Shown: positions 1-11,430 of the stretch, piece by piece
How the letters are laid out: each line of letters starts with the position of its first letter
How positions within the stretch are numbered: position 1 is the first letter of the stretch
DNA from: Amoebophrya sp. A120
Lineage: Eukaryota; Protista; Dinoflagellata
Assembly (NCBI GenBank): GCA_905178155.1
Contig: CAJINV010000001.1
Coordinates: 16,306,142 to 16,370,141 of the forward strand
Direction of reading: 5' to 3'
Length of the DNA: 64,000 nucleotides
The notes under the pieces: generated by a model
Seen by the model: the letters and a program-made list of their open reading frames with translations, nothing else
Told to the model about the DNA's origin: nothing
The model's database searches: none
Program-made: the position numbers and the translations under genes

Positions 1-375
1 TTTCGTCTGCTTTTCTCGTACCCCAGCGGAAACAGCGTTTATCGTCGTACAGGAACGGTTAAGGATTAAAATGTATGATAGATGCTATTTTTACTTGGAA
101 TTCTAATCGCACAGACAACATCACTTAGCAGCTACTCAATCTGAACCCCTCGCTCCTTTTGAGAAAAACCTAACCCGCCTAGTATCCATCGCAAATCGAT
201 TGTTACTCTATTGAAACGGCCGTAAGTCCTACCATCGTCGTGCGACCATTGTCAAACCTGAATTGTGCCGGACTGTACAACTGAGAATAATAAATCATGT
301 GTGCCTGCTCATCTTGTCCCACCTTTTTGTCGCTATAGTTCGAGAAAAGCACGTGTGCAGCAGTCGCAGCTGATC

Positions 376-924
376 ATGTCCTCCTCCACTAAATCCAAGC
401 CGCCTGCGGCGCCAGGTGCCGACTCCCGTCGACCTGCGAAAGCGGATCCTGCCGACATGATCCAGGAGGAGCTGCGGAAGACCGTGAACTCCTGCCGGTC
501 CACGCTGGTGTCGATCGAGCACGACGTGGATGGACTCTCCGCGGAAAAGGACGACCTCCTGCAGCAACTGGTGCGCATTCGGGACCGGTGCCGGGCGATC
601 GATGCCGAGTTCGTGTCGAAGCGGCGAGAGTACGAGTCCGCCATGCGGCTGCTCAAGTTGTGCGAGGAGGAGTACGCGTTCACCTGCTGTGCTCAGGGCC
701 CGCCCCCGACGCCTTTCGTGCCCCGCAATCGCTTTATGGAGCGAATAAATGCGAAGGAAGAAAGCAGCGATGATGCTGAAGGAGGAGATCTAGAAGATAC
801 GCAAGTTGTAGCCGCGCTATCGCCCTCGAGAAGTCCTGCGCCACCTATTCCCAAACTTTATTCCGCACCAGGTCGCCCGAGCACAGCACAACTACAGCCT
901 GCCCGAGCAAGTCGTCGAGGGTGA
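376..924 (+). CDS. SSNA1/NA14/DIP13-like coiled-coil protein with low-complexity C-terminal extension
   Basis: ATG at 376. ELRKTV...AEK...SK...CEEEY aligns without gaps to the SSNA1 coiled coil as recalled (ELVKCI...DEK...RK...TEAAY), with the same spacing of EL, EK, K and Y. Confidence 0.55.
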   Translation: MSSSTKSKPPAAPGADSRRPAKADPADMIQEELRKTVNSCRSTLVSIEHDVDGLSAEKDDLLQQLVRIRDRCRAIDAEFVSKRREYESAMRLLKLCEEEYAFTCCAQGPPPTPFVPRNRFMERINAKEESSDDAEGGDLEDTQVVAALSPSRSPAPPIPKLYSAPGRPSTAQLQPARASRRG

Positions 925-1827
925 TACCTTTTATCAAAAAGCTACACTTCTTTTTGCTCCTCTGTCTCCTCTGCCATTTGCTTGCTCGAAGACGTAGTTA
1001 GATAGTTGGTTGTCCTCTGATTCACGAAAACTCAAATTGGTTTGAAATGCATGGTTGCATTTCTTTAGAGCAACTCGTCGCGCACACAGCATTTCGATAA
1101 ATTGAGTTGGCGGATGGAAAGTTCAACTTCTTCATGGAGACGACATGATCAAGCACCAGCTCTATACTTAACTACAATCAGATTTTGACCTTGCAAATCA
1201 AAAATCAAAGAAGTCCAACGTGGAAGCGTTTCTTTGTGTCTGATGTTCGCCGAGGACGAGTGTTCGCGATCGCGAAGTCGCAGAACGAGGGCAACGGTGC
1301 CCCGCTTCACAGTAACAGCACTTAAGCAAACCAGCGATCTAAGGATGACTGAGTTTTTCCATGTGCTACATCCAAGAGTGGGTCCTCGTGGAGATCCTAC
1401 CCGCTTTTCAATTCCAAGGTTCCCGCCTGAAAAGGGGAAAAAGATCAACTTTTTTTCTGCCGATCATTTCGTTCACGCTTTGAGGGAAAGGACAACAACG
1501 AAATCGGCTTTGTTGTCAAACTGCGTTTATTCCTAACGAGTGCCTCTTGATGTGCCGCGTTTTTCCATCCCTTTTTTCTGCAGTTACCCAACATAATTTA
1601 TCACGGTTCTCCATTTCACCGACGTAAGTTTACCTTCCCATTGATTAAAATTCGCATTCTGATTTCTTGTATGTGCAACCACGCAGTGAAAACCACTGTG
1701 CAAAAAGAAGAATGAACGTGTCGCATCCGTTGGTGGGCTCCTTTCTACACCCCCGGGTCTTCCGATAATTTCACGGAGAAGGCCATTATCCTGGCGTGGA
1801 AAGCAGCATCCACCATATTTCGACCAG

Positions 1828-4128
1828 ATGCTGTTGCAGCTGCTTTCGGATGTGAGCGGCATTCGAGTAGTAGCCCGAAAGGACAGCCGCATTCCCCGGG
1901 TAGAACTTGATTGGATCCGGTTCTGTACCTTCAGCGTCTCCGTTGCCGGTACCTGCTGGCTCGTCACGAAGCTGTACGAGCTGCAGATCAAGCACCACCA
2001 CGACAGAAATGCAAAGGTTCCTCGCGCCGTGGCGGATGCACCGACAGCTGTCGTCACACGACAGGGAGGTGCAGTTGCACCCACCGCGACACCCCCGGCG
2101 CTTCCAATAGGCCAAGAACAATCTCTTGCAACACCAGGTACTTTCGACAGCAGGAGCAACGGCGACAGCGTCGAAACGACACCCCAGCCGCTGGTGCGCA
2201 CGTATTCCGTGGGCGTCGATCACTTGATGGTACCGTTGTCGCAGTTTTTGGATCTAGTCAAAAACCGCGCCGTGACCGCGGTGGCGTACCAAACGGGTTT
2301 TGATGCAGCCGGAGCACCGGGCGGGCAACCGCGACAACAGCAGCTCACGTTCGAGGTCAGCAGCGACGCCAGTAGGGCAGTGCTGTCAGACTTTTCACGC
2401 TGCCCGCCCGTGACGACAAACGAAATGGGTGCTACTAAAACCGCCACTTCCGCGACCTTCTCGACAACCTTGGTCCCTGGCAGCGAAACGGCGGTATTTA
2501 CCGCCATCCAGCAGGCCGGAATACCGCACGCGGTGGTGCCGGCCGGGATAGCTGCGCAGTCGAGAATGTTGGGCTCCTACAAAAACGACCACATGGGCAC
2601 TGGTACATCCGCCGATAGCGCAGCTGCAACGCTTGCTCCTCAGCATCATGCCGGCGGAAGCTACAGCTCGTCGCACGGAGGTGGTATGGCCGCCGCGACA
2701 CGGCACGGCAAGAACCGGGACATCGTGGCCGCCCTGACTGTGGACTTGATCACGCTAGCGGTGACGCTGGCCTTCTGCTACTGGTACTACGACTACAACC
2801 CTTTCAACAGCTCTGGCTCCTCCTCCGACAATGTGTGGAACAAGGTTATGTCTGCAGACGCGAAGGACGGCGGTGCATCCACCATGGTGCGGTTCCAGGA
2901 CGTCGCGGGGTTCCGCAAGCAGAAGCAAGAGCTGCAGGAGGTGATCGCCTACATTAAGAACCCTGCTTCTTTCCACATGCTCGGCGCCGTGCCGCCGCTC
3001 GGGACGCTGCTCGTGGGCCCGCCGGGGTGCGGCAAGACGCTGCTGGCGCGGGCGGTCGCGACGGAGGCCGGTGTACCCTTTTTCCACGCCAGCGCGAGCA
3101 GCTTCGTGGAGAAATACGTGGGCATCGGGGCGGCGCGGGTGCGGAAATTCTTCCAGAACGCGCAGAACTACCCGGCCAGCATCCTCTTCCTCGACGAGCT
3201 AGAGGCGGTTGGGAGTCGGGACGACCAGCTGGGCAGCGGCGAATACTGCCAGACCATTTCCCAGTTGCTCGTCGAGCTCGACGGGATGCACCTGAAGCGC
3301 ACTTCTTCTACCAACAAGAATGGGACAGAACAACAACTTCCAGCGCAAAATCCAAACGCTGACGGCCAGATGATCGGCGACGCGACCAAAGACAGCTCAG
3401 GTTCTTCTGAGACCACGACCACTTCTGTAGCCGTTGATAAGAACGCTCATTTCTTCGTGTTTCTCGCGGCCACGAATCGGTACCACACCCTGGATCCCGC
3501 GCTGCTGCGGCCCGGGAGGCTCGACCGCGTGGTGCGCATCAAGTACCCGTCGCAGACCACACGCGCCGAGTGCGTCCGCATCCACGCGCAGGGGAAGCTG
3601 ATGGACCCGAAATTGCCCGCTAATTACACGGACGTGTTCGCGCGCCAGTGTCGGGGGCGGTCCTGCGCCGAGATCGCGCACGTGCTCAACGAGGCGGCGT
3701 TGCTCGCGGCCCGGCGCCGCAGCAGTTGTGTCGCCTGGACGGACTTGCTTGCCGCGCTTCAGCAGTGTGTGCGGCGAAATCGGGACTTCGAGCAGGTGGG
3801 CGTCAGCAGCGACGAAGAGGACGACGTCCCGTTCGAGGATACCGCCGAGGAGGTGCCAGATTCCCGGTCTGGGCAACGCGCGACGCCGCTATCAACCTTC
3901 CTTAGCACGCCGCCGGTGGAGGGGGACGGCGGGCTCAACGGCGGCCCGGCAGAGGGTCCTCCGAGCGGACGCGGTGCGGGGCCCAGGAGAGGTGGAAGTC
4001 TAGGGGGAAGCGGCAATCGTGGCGGGAACAATCCCGACGCCATGCGCCTCCTCGGCCAACTCCTCATCGATTCCGCGAACGCAGGGGAGCGCGTGATAAA
4101 TCCGACGATCTTAAACAGCAAACAGTGA
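1828..4128 (+). CDS. FtsH-like membrane AAA+ ATPase lacking the M41 peptidase domain
   Basis: Two hydrophobic segments, then RFQDVAG, Walker A GPPGCGKT, pore loop YVG, Walker B FLDELE, SRH ATNR..LDPALLRPGRLDR and lid NEAALLAAR. No HEXXH motif. 5' exon(s) uncertain. Confidence 0.85.
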   Translation: MLLQLLSDVSGIRVVARKDSRIPRVELDWIRFCTFSVSVAGTCWLVTKLYELQIKHHHDRNAKVPRAVADAPTAVVTRQGGAVAPTATPPALPIGQEQSLATPGTFDSRSNGDSVETTPQPLVRTYSVGVDHLMVPLSQFLDLVKNRAVTAVAYQTGFDAAGAPGGQPRQQQLTFEVSSDASRAVLSDFSRCPPVTTNEMGATKTATSATFSTTLVPGSETAVFTAIQQAGIPHAVVPAGIAAQSRMLGSYKNDHMGTGTSADSAAATLAPQHHAGGSYSSSHGGGMAAATRHGKNRDIVAALTVDLITLAVTLAFCYWYYDYNPFNSSGSSSDNVWNKVMSADAKDGGASTMVRFQDVAGFRKQKQELQEVIAYIKNPASFHMLGAVPPLGTLLVGPPGCGKTLLARAVATEAGVPFFHASASSFVEKYVGIGAARVRKFFQNAQNYPASILFLDELEAVGSRDDQLGSGEYCQTISQLLVELDGMHLKRTSSTNKNGTEQQLPAQNPNADGQMIGDATKDSSGSSETTTTSVAVDKNAHFFVFLAATNRYHTLDPALLRPGRLDRVVRIKYPSQTTRAECVRIHAQGKLMDPKLPANYTDVFARQCRGRSCAEIAHVLNEAALLAARRRSSCVAWTDLLAALQQCVRRNRDFEQVGVSSDEEDDVPFEDTAEEVPDSRSGQRATPLSTFLSTPPVEGDGGLNGGPAEGPPSGRGAGPRRGGSLGGSGNRGGNNPDAMRLLGQLLIDSANAGERVINPTILNSKQ

Positions 4129-4558
4129 CATTTACAACTTCGGACATCCTGGTCATGTGGACAACGACAAAGTTAGCGATGCGCTTCACGACAAAGCTCA
4201 CTAGGCGCGAAGCTCTAGTTTTCCAACTCCGAAGATGCAGCAAAGTTTTCCATTTTGATTTTACCTGTTCACTTGTGCTGCCACGAAAAGTGCTTCGCTA
4301 CAACTGACTGCAAGCAGTATTGATTCTTTGAGAGCGCAGAGTGTTTTTGCGGTCATGTTGCAGAGAGAGACTCACTTCAAGCCCGTTTTTGTAAGGAATG
4401 CGCGTTGTTAGTTCTTGGCAAGTTCTACTTTCTGGCGGTGGCGGTCTCGTTCTTAGGACATGATCATTAATAAAGCTCTTTTGAGATTATAAATTCCGGT
4501 ACGGTACCACACCATCTGAATAAATGCTCAGAAATATCAATCATCAATAGCTGAAGCC

Positions 4559-5595
4559 ATGTGGGAAGAGGTGCTGACCAGTCTGGGAGCCGGCTCCCTC
4601 GGGATGCTTGCCTTCGTGGCACTGTCCAGTCGACGGAGACTAAGCTGTGCCGTCGACAAGGACATGGAAACGAAGGATCTGCAAGCGGCTCGCGAAGACG
4701 AAAACAATCCCAGGAGTGATGAACAAAAAAATCAAGCGAGCCATGCGCAGGACAACGCCGACACCTCCGACCCGGCCACAGACCGGGCGACTACCTCCGC
4801 AACAGCAGCGTCGGAACGAGCGAAGATCTTCACGTTCGACGTCAAGGAAGATCACGATGGGGAGCTCGTCGACGACGACGCTTTTGCGCCCTTGTGGGAC
4901 AAACTGGCCCGCATAAAGGCGGGCGCGGAGGAGGAGCTCTCCGAGGACGACAAATACCTCATCCGCGTGGAGCTCGCAAGGCGCGAGAGGAAAACGGGGC
5001 GGGTGGGGCTAGACTACCTGCAACAAAACATGGAACACGGGGAATACGCAGAATTACAGGGGTAAGAAACTTCTAGGACGTGACCATGTAGGTGGTTTGT
5101 ACTTTGATGTGTAAGGTAGATCATTAGGATGACGAATTCAACTTCACACCCATTTCCGCAGGTCCAAGAAAATGCATCCGTTCCAAAGGATGCACATGCA
5201 GCAGATGCTACTTAGACTTTGTTTCCATTAGCTTGAGCAAAAGATTCCACTGCATCATGATCCGCAGGTTTATTGACCCTTCGGCACCGCGCACCCCGTT
5301 GGACCGGATTTTCCTGCTGGGCATCCTGTTCATGTGCTTTTGCGCCCTGGTCGCCCTCGGCGTGCTGCTGTTTTTTCTGTACAAGGCCTTGTACAAGAAG
5401 GACGATCAGGTTATCAACCGTTTCATGCAGAACTGGAGTAGGTTTTCTTGGTCCGTCGTGCACTACCTGCGAGACGAGGTGCTTACAAACCCAAATCTCG
5501 ACCGGCTGGTGCAAGGGGCGCAAAGTATTCTTGCACCCTCCACCAGTTCCCCCGGAACAGGCCAATCCGTGAAAAACACAAACACTGATTTGTAG
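4559..5595 (+). CDS. hypothetical membrane protein (2 exons)
   Basis: Exon 4559-5061, GT-AG intron 5062-5267 (phase 2, frames join as LQG/FIDP), exon 5268-5595. N-terminal and C-terminal hydrophobic segments. Confidence 0.6.
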
Positions 5596-6032
5596 CTCGA
5601 TGCATCCCGTTACAGAAAATTTTTGGTGCCAACTCACACACAAAGAATTGTCCTCGCACTCGAGGAGGAAGGAAGAAAAGCAGCAAGCGAAAAAATTGCA
5701 CTTCCTTGTTAGGCATGCTCGTGCCGCAAAAAAAAGTCAAAGGCAGTTCTTGACCCGCGGACCTCTTTGAAAGATGCTTTTCCGTGTTTGACATCGCGAT
5801 TCTGATGCTCCACCTAAAGTGTGACTCGAAGCGGTCCAACCCTGCACGAAGTTGTACAACCAGTGGTTCGTTGTCGGATAAAAGGTTTGTTTCTACTTCT
5901 AGCGAAACAGTTCGTTGACAAAAGGAAGGCACATCGTGTGAGGACGAACCCTGGCCCTAATATTCTTAGAAAAAATAGAATGATGGAAACGAAAACACGA
6001 CTTACGAGTTGACTTCGTTGCGGTGGTACAGC

Positions 6033-8159
6033 ATGGAAGATGCCCTAGCGTCAGTGGTGAGCAGAGTGACGGACACGGCGATCGTATTGCTGCTTGTTTC
6101 TTGGCGTATTTGGTTCGTCCTTGAATGTGTTCTGGGTCCGGCGACTGCCCTAGCCCACCGAGCTGTTGCTCCCGGCGGCGATGTTGCCGCTGCGCGTGAC
6201 GAGCGTACAGCTTTCTTCACGATGTGGACGGGCCATGCTGGAGCCGAAATAGCCCAAAGCGGAGCCGCTGCACAGGGGGGCTCGCTCGTATGATGTACTT
6301 GATTTTTGTCCACTGCGATTATGTGGAAAAGCCATTCGCTCGGGCAAGCAGCGGACAGCGTGACGGAGCCTTTGGTGAAGACATTGAAAAGAACTTGACA
6401 AAGATCTAGCCAGTTGAGGAACGAAAGGAAACCTGCGCACGCAAGAATGTTGCAGAAAACGAAGCGCATTTTCTTGTATTGGCAACAAGGCTGGGAGCAC
6501 GCGCCGCCTCTGGTACAGGACTGCCGCCGATCGTGGGAATTGCACAATACGCCCTCGTGGGAGATTGTGTTGCTCTCCGGTGCAAACGTGTCCTCGATCG
6601 TGGATCTCGACGCTGTCATCGTGCAAGGCGAGGGAGCAGCTGTTCCACAGTCTGACAAAGCGGAGGAGGGGTATGCAAAGGAAGATGAAGAGACTGCCGA
6701 TACAACTTCAGCTGCAGCGAGAGCATCCGTACGTGGAGAAAACCACTTCAGCGAAACCCCGATGTCCTCATTGGCGCTCGATTCTAGGTATTGGCAAGCA
6801 GCGCCGGATAGCGTCCGGGAGCACCCGTACCGGAGAAGGGATGCAGAGAAAAACTTTTTTCTGCCCGTGGCCACCACCGACCAAGAGAGGCTGGAGTACT
6901 TGTCGACATTTATCTTCACGGACGCCCTACGCTTGGAACTCCTAGCTCTCGATAAAGACTTCATGCCGGCTCCTGCATCGCCTGCACCACTCACCAGAAA
7001 AACAAATGGTCAAGTAGAAAGCGGCCGGCATGGTGCCGAACCTTCGTCGAGCGACAGCGAAGAAGTGTGGAATGTGTGGGCCGATGCCACCATGCTCTGT
7101 CTGCGGCCGCTGGATGACTGGCTCTTTCGAGACGCTAGCGTGCTTGAGAACCCAGCGGGGTTCTGGCTCTACGCCGGCTTGGAGCACGTGATCTATCCAC
7201 AATTTGATCGACATCCTCCACACGAACAACAAGGGACGACTTCTACCGCCAGTGCAGACGATACAGTGGACGACTCCGCTGCAAGCGCCGTTTCCTCTCA
7301 CCACGCTGTCTCCATCCACCAGCCCGCAATTTGGTTTCTGATTGCGCGGAGCGGCAGCGACATGCTGCGGCGCTGGCGGGACGCGTACCGACGGCGCTGG
7401 GCTCGGCGGCGGCGCGAAGAGTTTGAGATCCGGGTGGACCCGCTGTCCCAGCAGGTGTTTTGGACCGCCTCCGACCACGCGAGCCGCTTTTTCAAGGGCC
7501 AGCACCCGGCCACAACGGAGGTGGACACTTACTTTTTGTTTGAGCAACAGACCGGCCTCCGAGCGATGGACCAAGTCGCCCGGGCCCTTTTCGACGACGT
7601 AATTCTACCGGTAGACGTCACCACGGAAAGCGGTGCGCAAGTGCAAAAGGAAGTAGTCACGAATTCGTTCAACATCTTCAGCCTGGACCAGTCTTTCCTC
7701 GACCTGCTTTCTGAGGATCGGATGTTCTTCCATTACTGGGCCGACGTGGTGCTGCCGCTGACAGCATCGATCGACTCATCCGGTGCCAACATGCTGATGA
7801 CGGACGAGTTTTCTCTGTGGTCGGACGCTACTGCTGCGGAGGCGGCACCCCGGAAGAAGAACTTCGTGTCTCGAATCGTGAACGGGGACACGCATGTTCT
7901 GAAAATGAGCTTGAAAAATCGTCCCACGGACATGACCGAAGAAAAGTTTCGTAGTGACACCTTCGGTGGCCTCGCTCTGCGGCTCGCAATGTTGAATACG
8001 TCAGGAGATGACCCCACAACTAGCGGGGAAGATCAGGAAAAGATCGTGCGCAACATAGTAGACAAAGTAGAGCTATTTGAGAATTTTCTTCCGGAGGCTT
8101 TCGCGAAAAGTACTGAGTTTTGTTCTCCTTTTGGAGTTGCAGGTCCGATGGTCGCTTGA
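6033..8159 (+). CDS. capsular-polysaccharide-synthesis-type (Caps_synth/GT32-like) glycosyltransferase
   Basis: Motifs IFLYWQQGWEHAPPLVQDCRRSW, TDALRLELL, VWADAT..CLRPLDDWL and WFLIA. A signal-anchor exon 6033-6287 joins via a phase-0 GT-AG intron 6288-6413. Confidence 0.75.
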
Positions 8160-8832
8160 AGATGCATGGCAGATGTCGCGAAGATCCGCTGACGCAAGAA
8201 GATCCGTGCGAACAAAACAACCTGGTGTTGTCGATCTCATCTGCGACGTAGTAGAAACCGGAACCGAAGAAGATCTCAGTCCGATCGGCGCCCTCGTCGG
8301 CTGGCATGCGCATTCGCTGGTGACCTCGTGAAGTTTGCTACCACCTGTGTGCGACTCCGATTCGATCCATCTGTCGTGATGTCGGCTGCCAACGAACATG
8401 TAATCGCGATCACCTCGATGATCTCGTGGTGGTCGAAGTGGTTCCTTAGGCTGTTCCAAAGGCCCGCTGCGTCCATCGTGCCTGTGTCGTTTTTTCACGA
8501 GAGACGTAATTTTGTGGGGAAAAAAAAGACAGCGACGGAAGAAGTGAGCTTAGAGTAGTCTTGTTGTACCTTGTTGTGCATATATAGAAATAAGACAAAG
8601 AGAGATAGCGCAATAAATACTCTCTCTTCCGTACTAAGCAATTGCACTATTATTCTTTCGGAGCACGCTCACTGTCCCAGTTGCCAGCATTTCAACGACG
8701 TTTTTCTGGACATGCAGACTACGATAGACCTATTGCTCCCGCAGCAAGCTGTGGCATGAACCCACCACCTGAATCAGAACTTTTCAGTCCAAGCCACCAC
8801 CTGAACCAGAGAAAGCCCCTTTATTTCAGCCC

Positions 8833-10698
8833 ATGTCTACGTCATCAGCGCACCAGCAGGCACGGGTCCGGCCCCGTGTGGTGGTGGATGGGCCAAACGT
8901 GGGGCGGTTTCTGAAGCAGAAGGGTTCGTCCGCGTCCAGCAGTCGGATGCCGGTCATTGAAACCGAGCTGATCGCGAACGCGTACAATGCCGTCCAGGAA
9001 CGGTTTCCCGAGGCCGTCGTGGAGATTCTGGTGTACCAGCCGGACCTGGCCCGTTGGGACCGCGAGAACGACCCCCACATTGCCCGGATCCGGCAGCAAG
9101 TCACGGAAGTGCCCTCGCGGTCCGACGTGGACGACCTGGTGCTGCAGCGGGCGCTCAAGTGCTGGCGCCAGGGCCAAAAGGTCCGCATCCTGTCAAACGA
9201 TAACTACGACGTCTACCGCGAGGACAGCAAGAGCAGCGGCAAAGCGGACCAGCCAAAGGCGATCGCCGGCGTCACGCGGGAGTGGCTGCAGGCGGTGCTG
9301 TGGAAGTTTTCCTTCAGTACGGTTGACCGCGACTGCCTGCTCACGCCCGTGGACGACCTGGCGTGTCGCAGCTCAGAGTCGGAATCCATGATGGATCACG
9401 GACACGAGGTTGTCGCTGGTGGAGGCAGCAGTACTAGAGCTGATGTTTTCATCACGGGCGGCGCTGCCTCCACATCCACTGCGATATCTTCAAACCAGCA
9501 GCTTTTCGTCCCCCACGATCACGGTGGCGGCGCGACCAGTTCAACCTCCACGTTGTTCCAGCCGAACTACAACTTTCACCACGCAAATCGAACCAGCAGT
9601 GCATCAGCAGATGACGACGTGGCCATGGGGATGGAGGTCGACGAGGAGGAGGGGGTTGAAGTGGACCATTGCAGAAGTAGAACTGGTGCAGCTACTGCAG
9701 CTGTCACTGGTGCAGGTTATCCTGGGCAGCAGACACAAGAATACACGCAGCTAGGAGAAAATCAGGCTGCGCCCGATTGGACGCAAACGTGGAATCAAAC
9801 CCACCATCCGGACTCGATGCATAGTGTGGCGGGGGGCGTCGAGGACGAGGGAGTCGAGATCGAGCTCCCCAACGGATTTGCGGAATTGCGAGAAAAGCGG
9901 CGGGCCATGGGAGTGTTCGAAGAGATCCCGAGCAACGGCACGTGCTTCAACCTTGGGCAGACGGAGTTGACGCAGTCACTCTTCCAGCCACACACGCCCC
10001 GCCCCGGATCCTCCACTGCTGGTAAGGGGTGGGCAGGGTCGCCGCCGCTTGCCGCACGCCGACCATCGGGTCAGGAGATAAGTGTGCACCAGCATTTAAT
10101 AACACCCGGCGTCCCACCAGTCAAAAACGGTGGTGCAGTCGCTCCTCCACCAAACAAGCAACCCGCGTCCTCTTCCTCGTCGTCTTCCTCGGCCCGCAAG
10201 ACAACAACAGCTGACACCATTCCATTTCCCCGGACAAAGCCGGCAACCAGCAGGAGACCTTCCAGCAGCGGCGTGTCAACCGCGCATCCCTCCGCAGCTG
10301 TGCCAAAGGTGAGCCGCAACCAGGGGCCTCCCCCGGTCTCCGCACCGGTCGCGAAACGACGACCTTCGCTCACGAACATCGCAGGGCGGCCGTCGGCCAT
10401 CGCTGCTTCCCGTAGTTCTGCCTCCAGCGGCGCACAGACCAGAGGCCCCGCGGCCGCATCGGCCGTAAGCAAGTCGGTAATTAAGCCCGACTCCACGAAA
10501 AAGGATCACCGTGCAAAAGCGGCGGGGAAGAAGAAGATCATCGGAGGCGAGTTTACCATTGACGAGGGTGATGATCCACCCGATCGAGTATCTTCTTCTT
10601 CCAAAGCTGCAGCGAAAAGAGCTGCAGCAAGTGCCGCAGTTGAAAAGTGGAGTCTAGAAAATTGGAAGCAGGCAAAGGCACAAGCGAAAAAAAGATGA
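8833..10698 (+). CDS. Zc3h12a/Regnase-like NYN (PIN-fold) ribonuclease domain protein with long disordered tail
   Basis: VVVDGPNVG, DVDDLVL and ILSNDNY match the Regnase-type acidic catalytic motifs (IDGSNV / YDD / IVSND.Y). Confidence 0.75.
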   Translation: MSTSSAHQQARVRPRVVVDGPNVGRFLKQKGSSASSSRMPVIETELIANAYNAVQERFPEAVVEILVYQPDLARWDRENDPHIARIRQQVTEVPSRSDVDDLVLQRALKCWRQGQKVRILSNDNYDVYREDSKSSGKADQPKAIAGVTREWLQAVLWKFSFSTVDRDCLLTPVDDLACRSSESESMMDHGHEVVAGGGSSTRADVFITGGAASTSTAISSNQQLFVPHDHGGGATSSTSTLFQPNYNFHHANRTSSASADDDVAMGMEVDEEEGVEVDHCRSRTGAATAAVTGAGYPGQQTQEYTQLGENQAAPDWTQTWNQTHHPDSMHSVAGGVEDEGVEIELPNGFAELREKRRAMGVFEEIPSNGTCFNLGQTELTQSLFQPHTPRPGSSTAGKGWAGSPPLAARRPSGQEISVHQHLITPGVPPVKNGGAVAPPPNKQPASSSSSSSSARKTTTADTIPFPRTKPATSRRPSSSGVSTAHPSAAVPKVSRNQGPPPVSAPVAKRRPSLTNIAGRPSAIAASRSSASSGAQTRGPAAASAVSKSVIKPDSTKKDHRAKAAGKKKIIGGEFTIDEGDDPPDRVSSSSKAAAKRAAASAAVEKWSLENWKQAKAQAKKR

Positions 10699-11430
10699 TC
10701 TGATCAAGCAATGATCTGCTTCTCTCTGCGAAAATTAAGCAGCTTAATGACAAAAGCCGAAAACAAAGCGACCTCATTTTAAGCTTCTTTCCTTGCATTC
10801 GTCGAAGCACAACTCTTGGCACATTTTGTACCACCAGCGCATTCTCGCAAACGACAAGTAAAATCAGATTGAGATGAGTATTGATACTGTGGGTCTCGCT
10901 TCGTAACGCAGAGTTTCTACCGGCGACCCGCGTTCTTATCGCTTTCTTCGACAAATCGGTGATGTTGAACGTAGTGCAATCAACAATTAGTCCGTCAAGG
11001 TCTCTATATCTATCAATTTCTATTTCAATTTGTTGACGTCGTCATCATCTGGTATCGTGTACTGCCATTCGTTTTGCTCCGTCGCGTCTTCTAGAATCTT
11101 ACTTTTTTCCTCGTGAAAGTGGTAGATAGCACGTGGCAGAAGAACGTCCGTCGTCTTGGGTCGTATCATGATGCCGTAATCGTCGTACCCACTTTTCTCC
11201 CAAAGCAACACTCATTGCCGGTATCGCTCCGAAAGTGAATCGTGGTCCAGCTAGTTTTTATGATCGTTACCTCATCATGTTGATCGCCTCCTCTCATTAC
11301 TAGATTCGTTGAAACTGAAAGAAATCTTTTTTTGTTCTGGGAAAAAACAAAAAGTTGAAAATAAAGGCGCAAATACCACGAAGCATCGATTTGATGTCGA
11401 GTTGCGGCTGAGCAGACGAAAGCCGCCACT

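Noticed and set aside
8276-8476. Minus-strand AAGLWNSLRNHF resembling a copia gag motif
   Set aside because: A single short motif with no LTR, PBS or pol remnants nearby.
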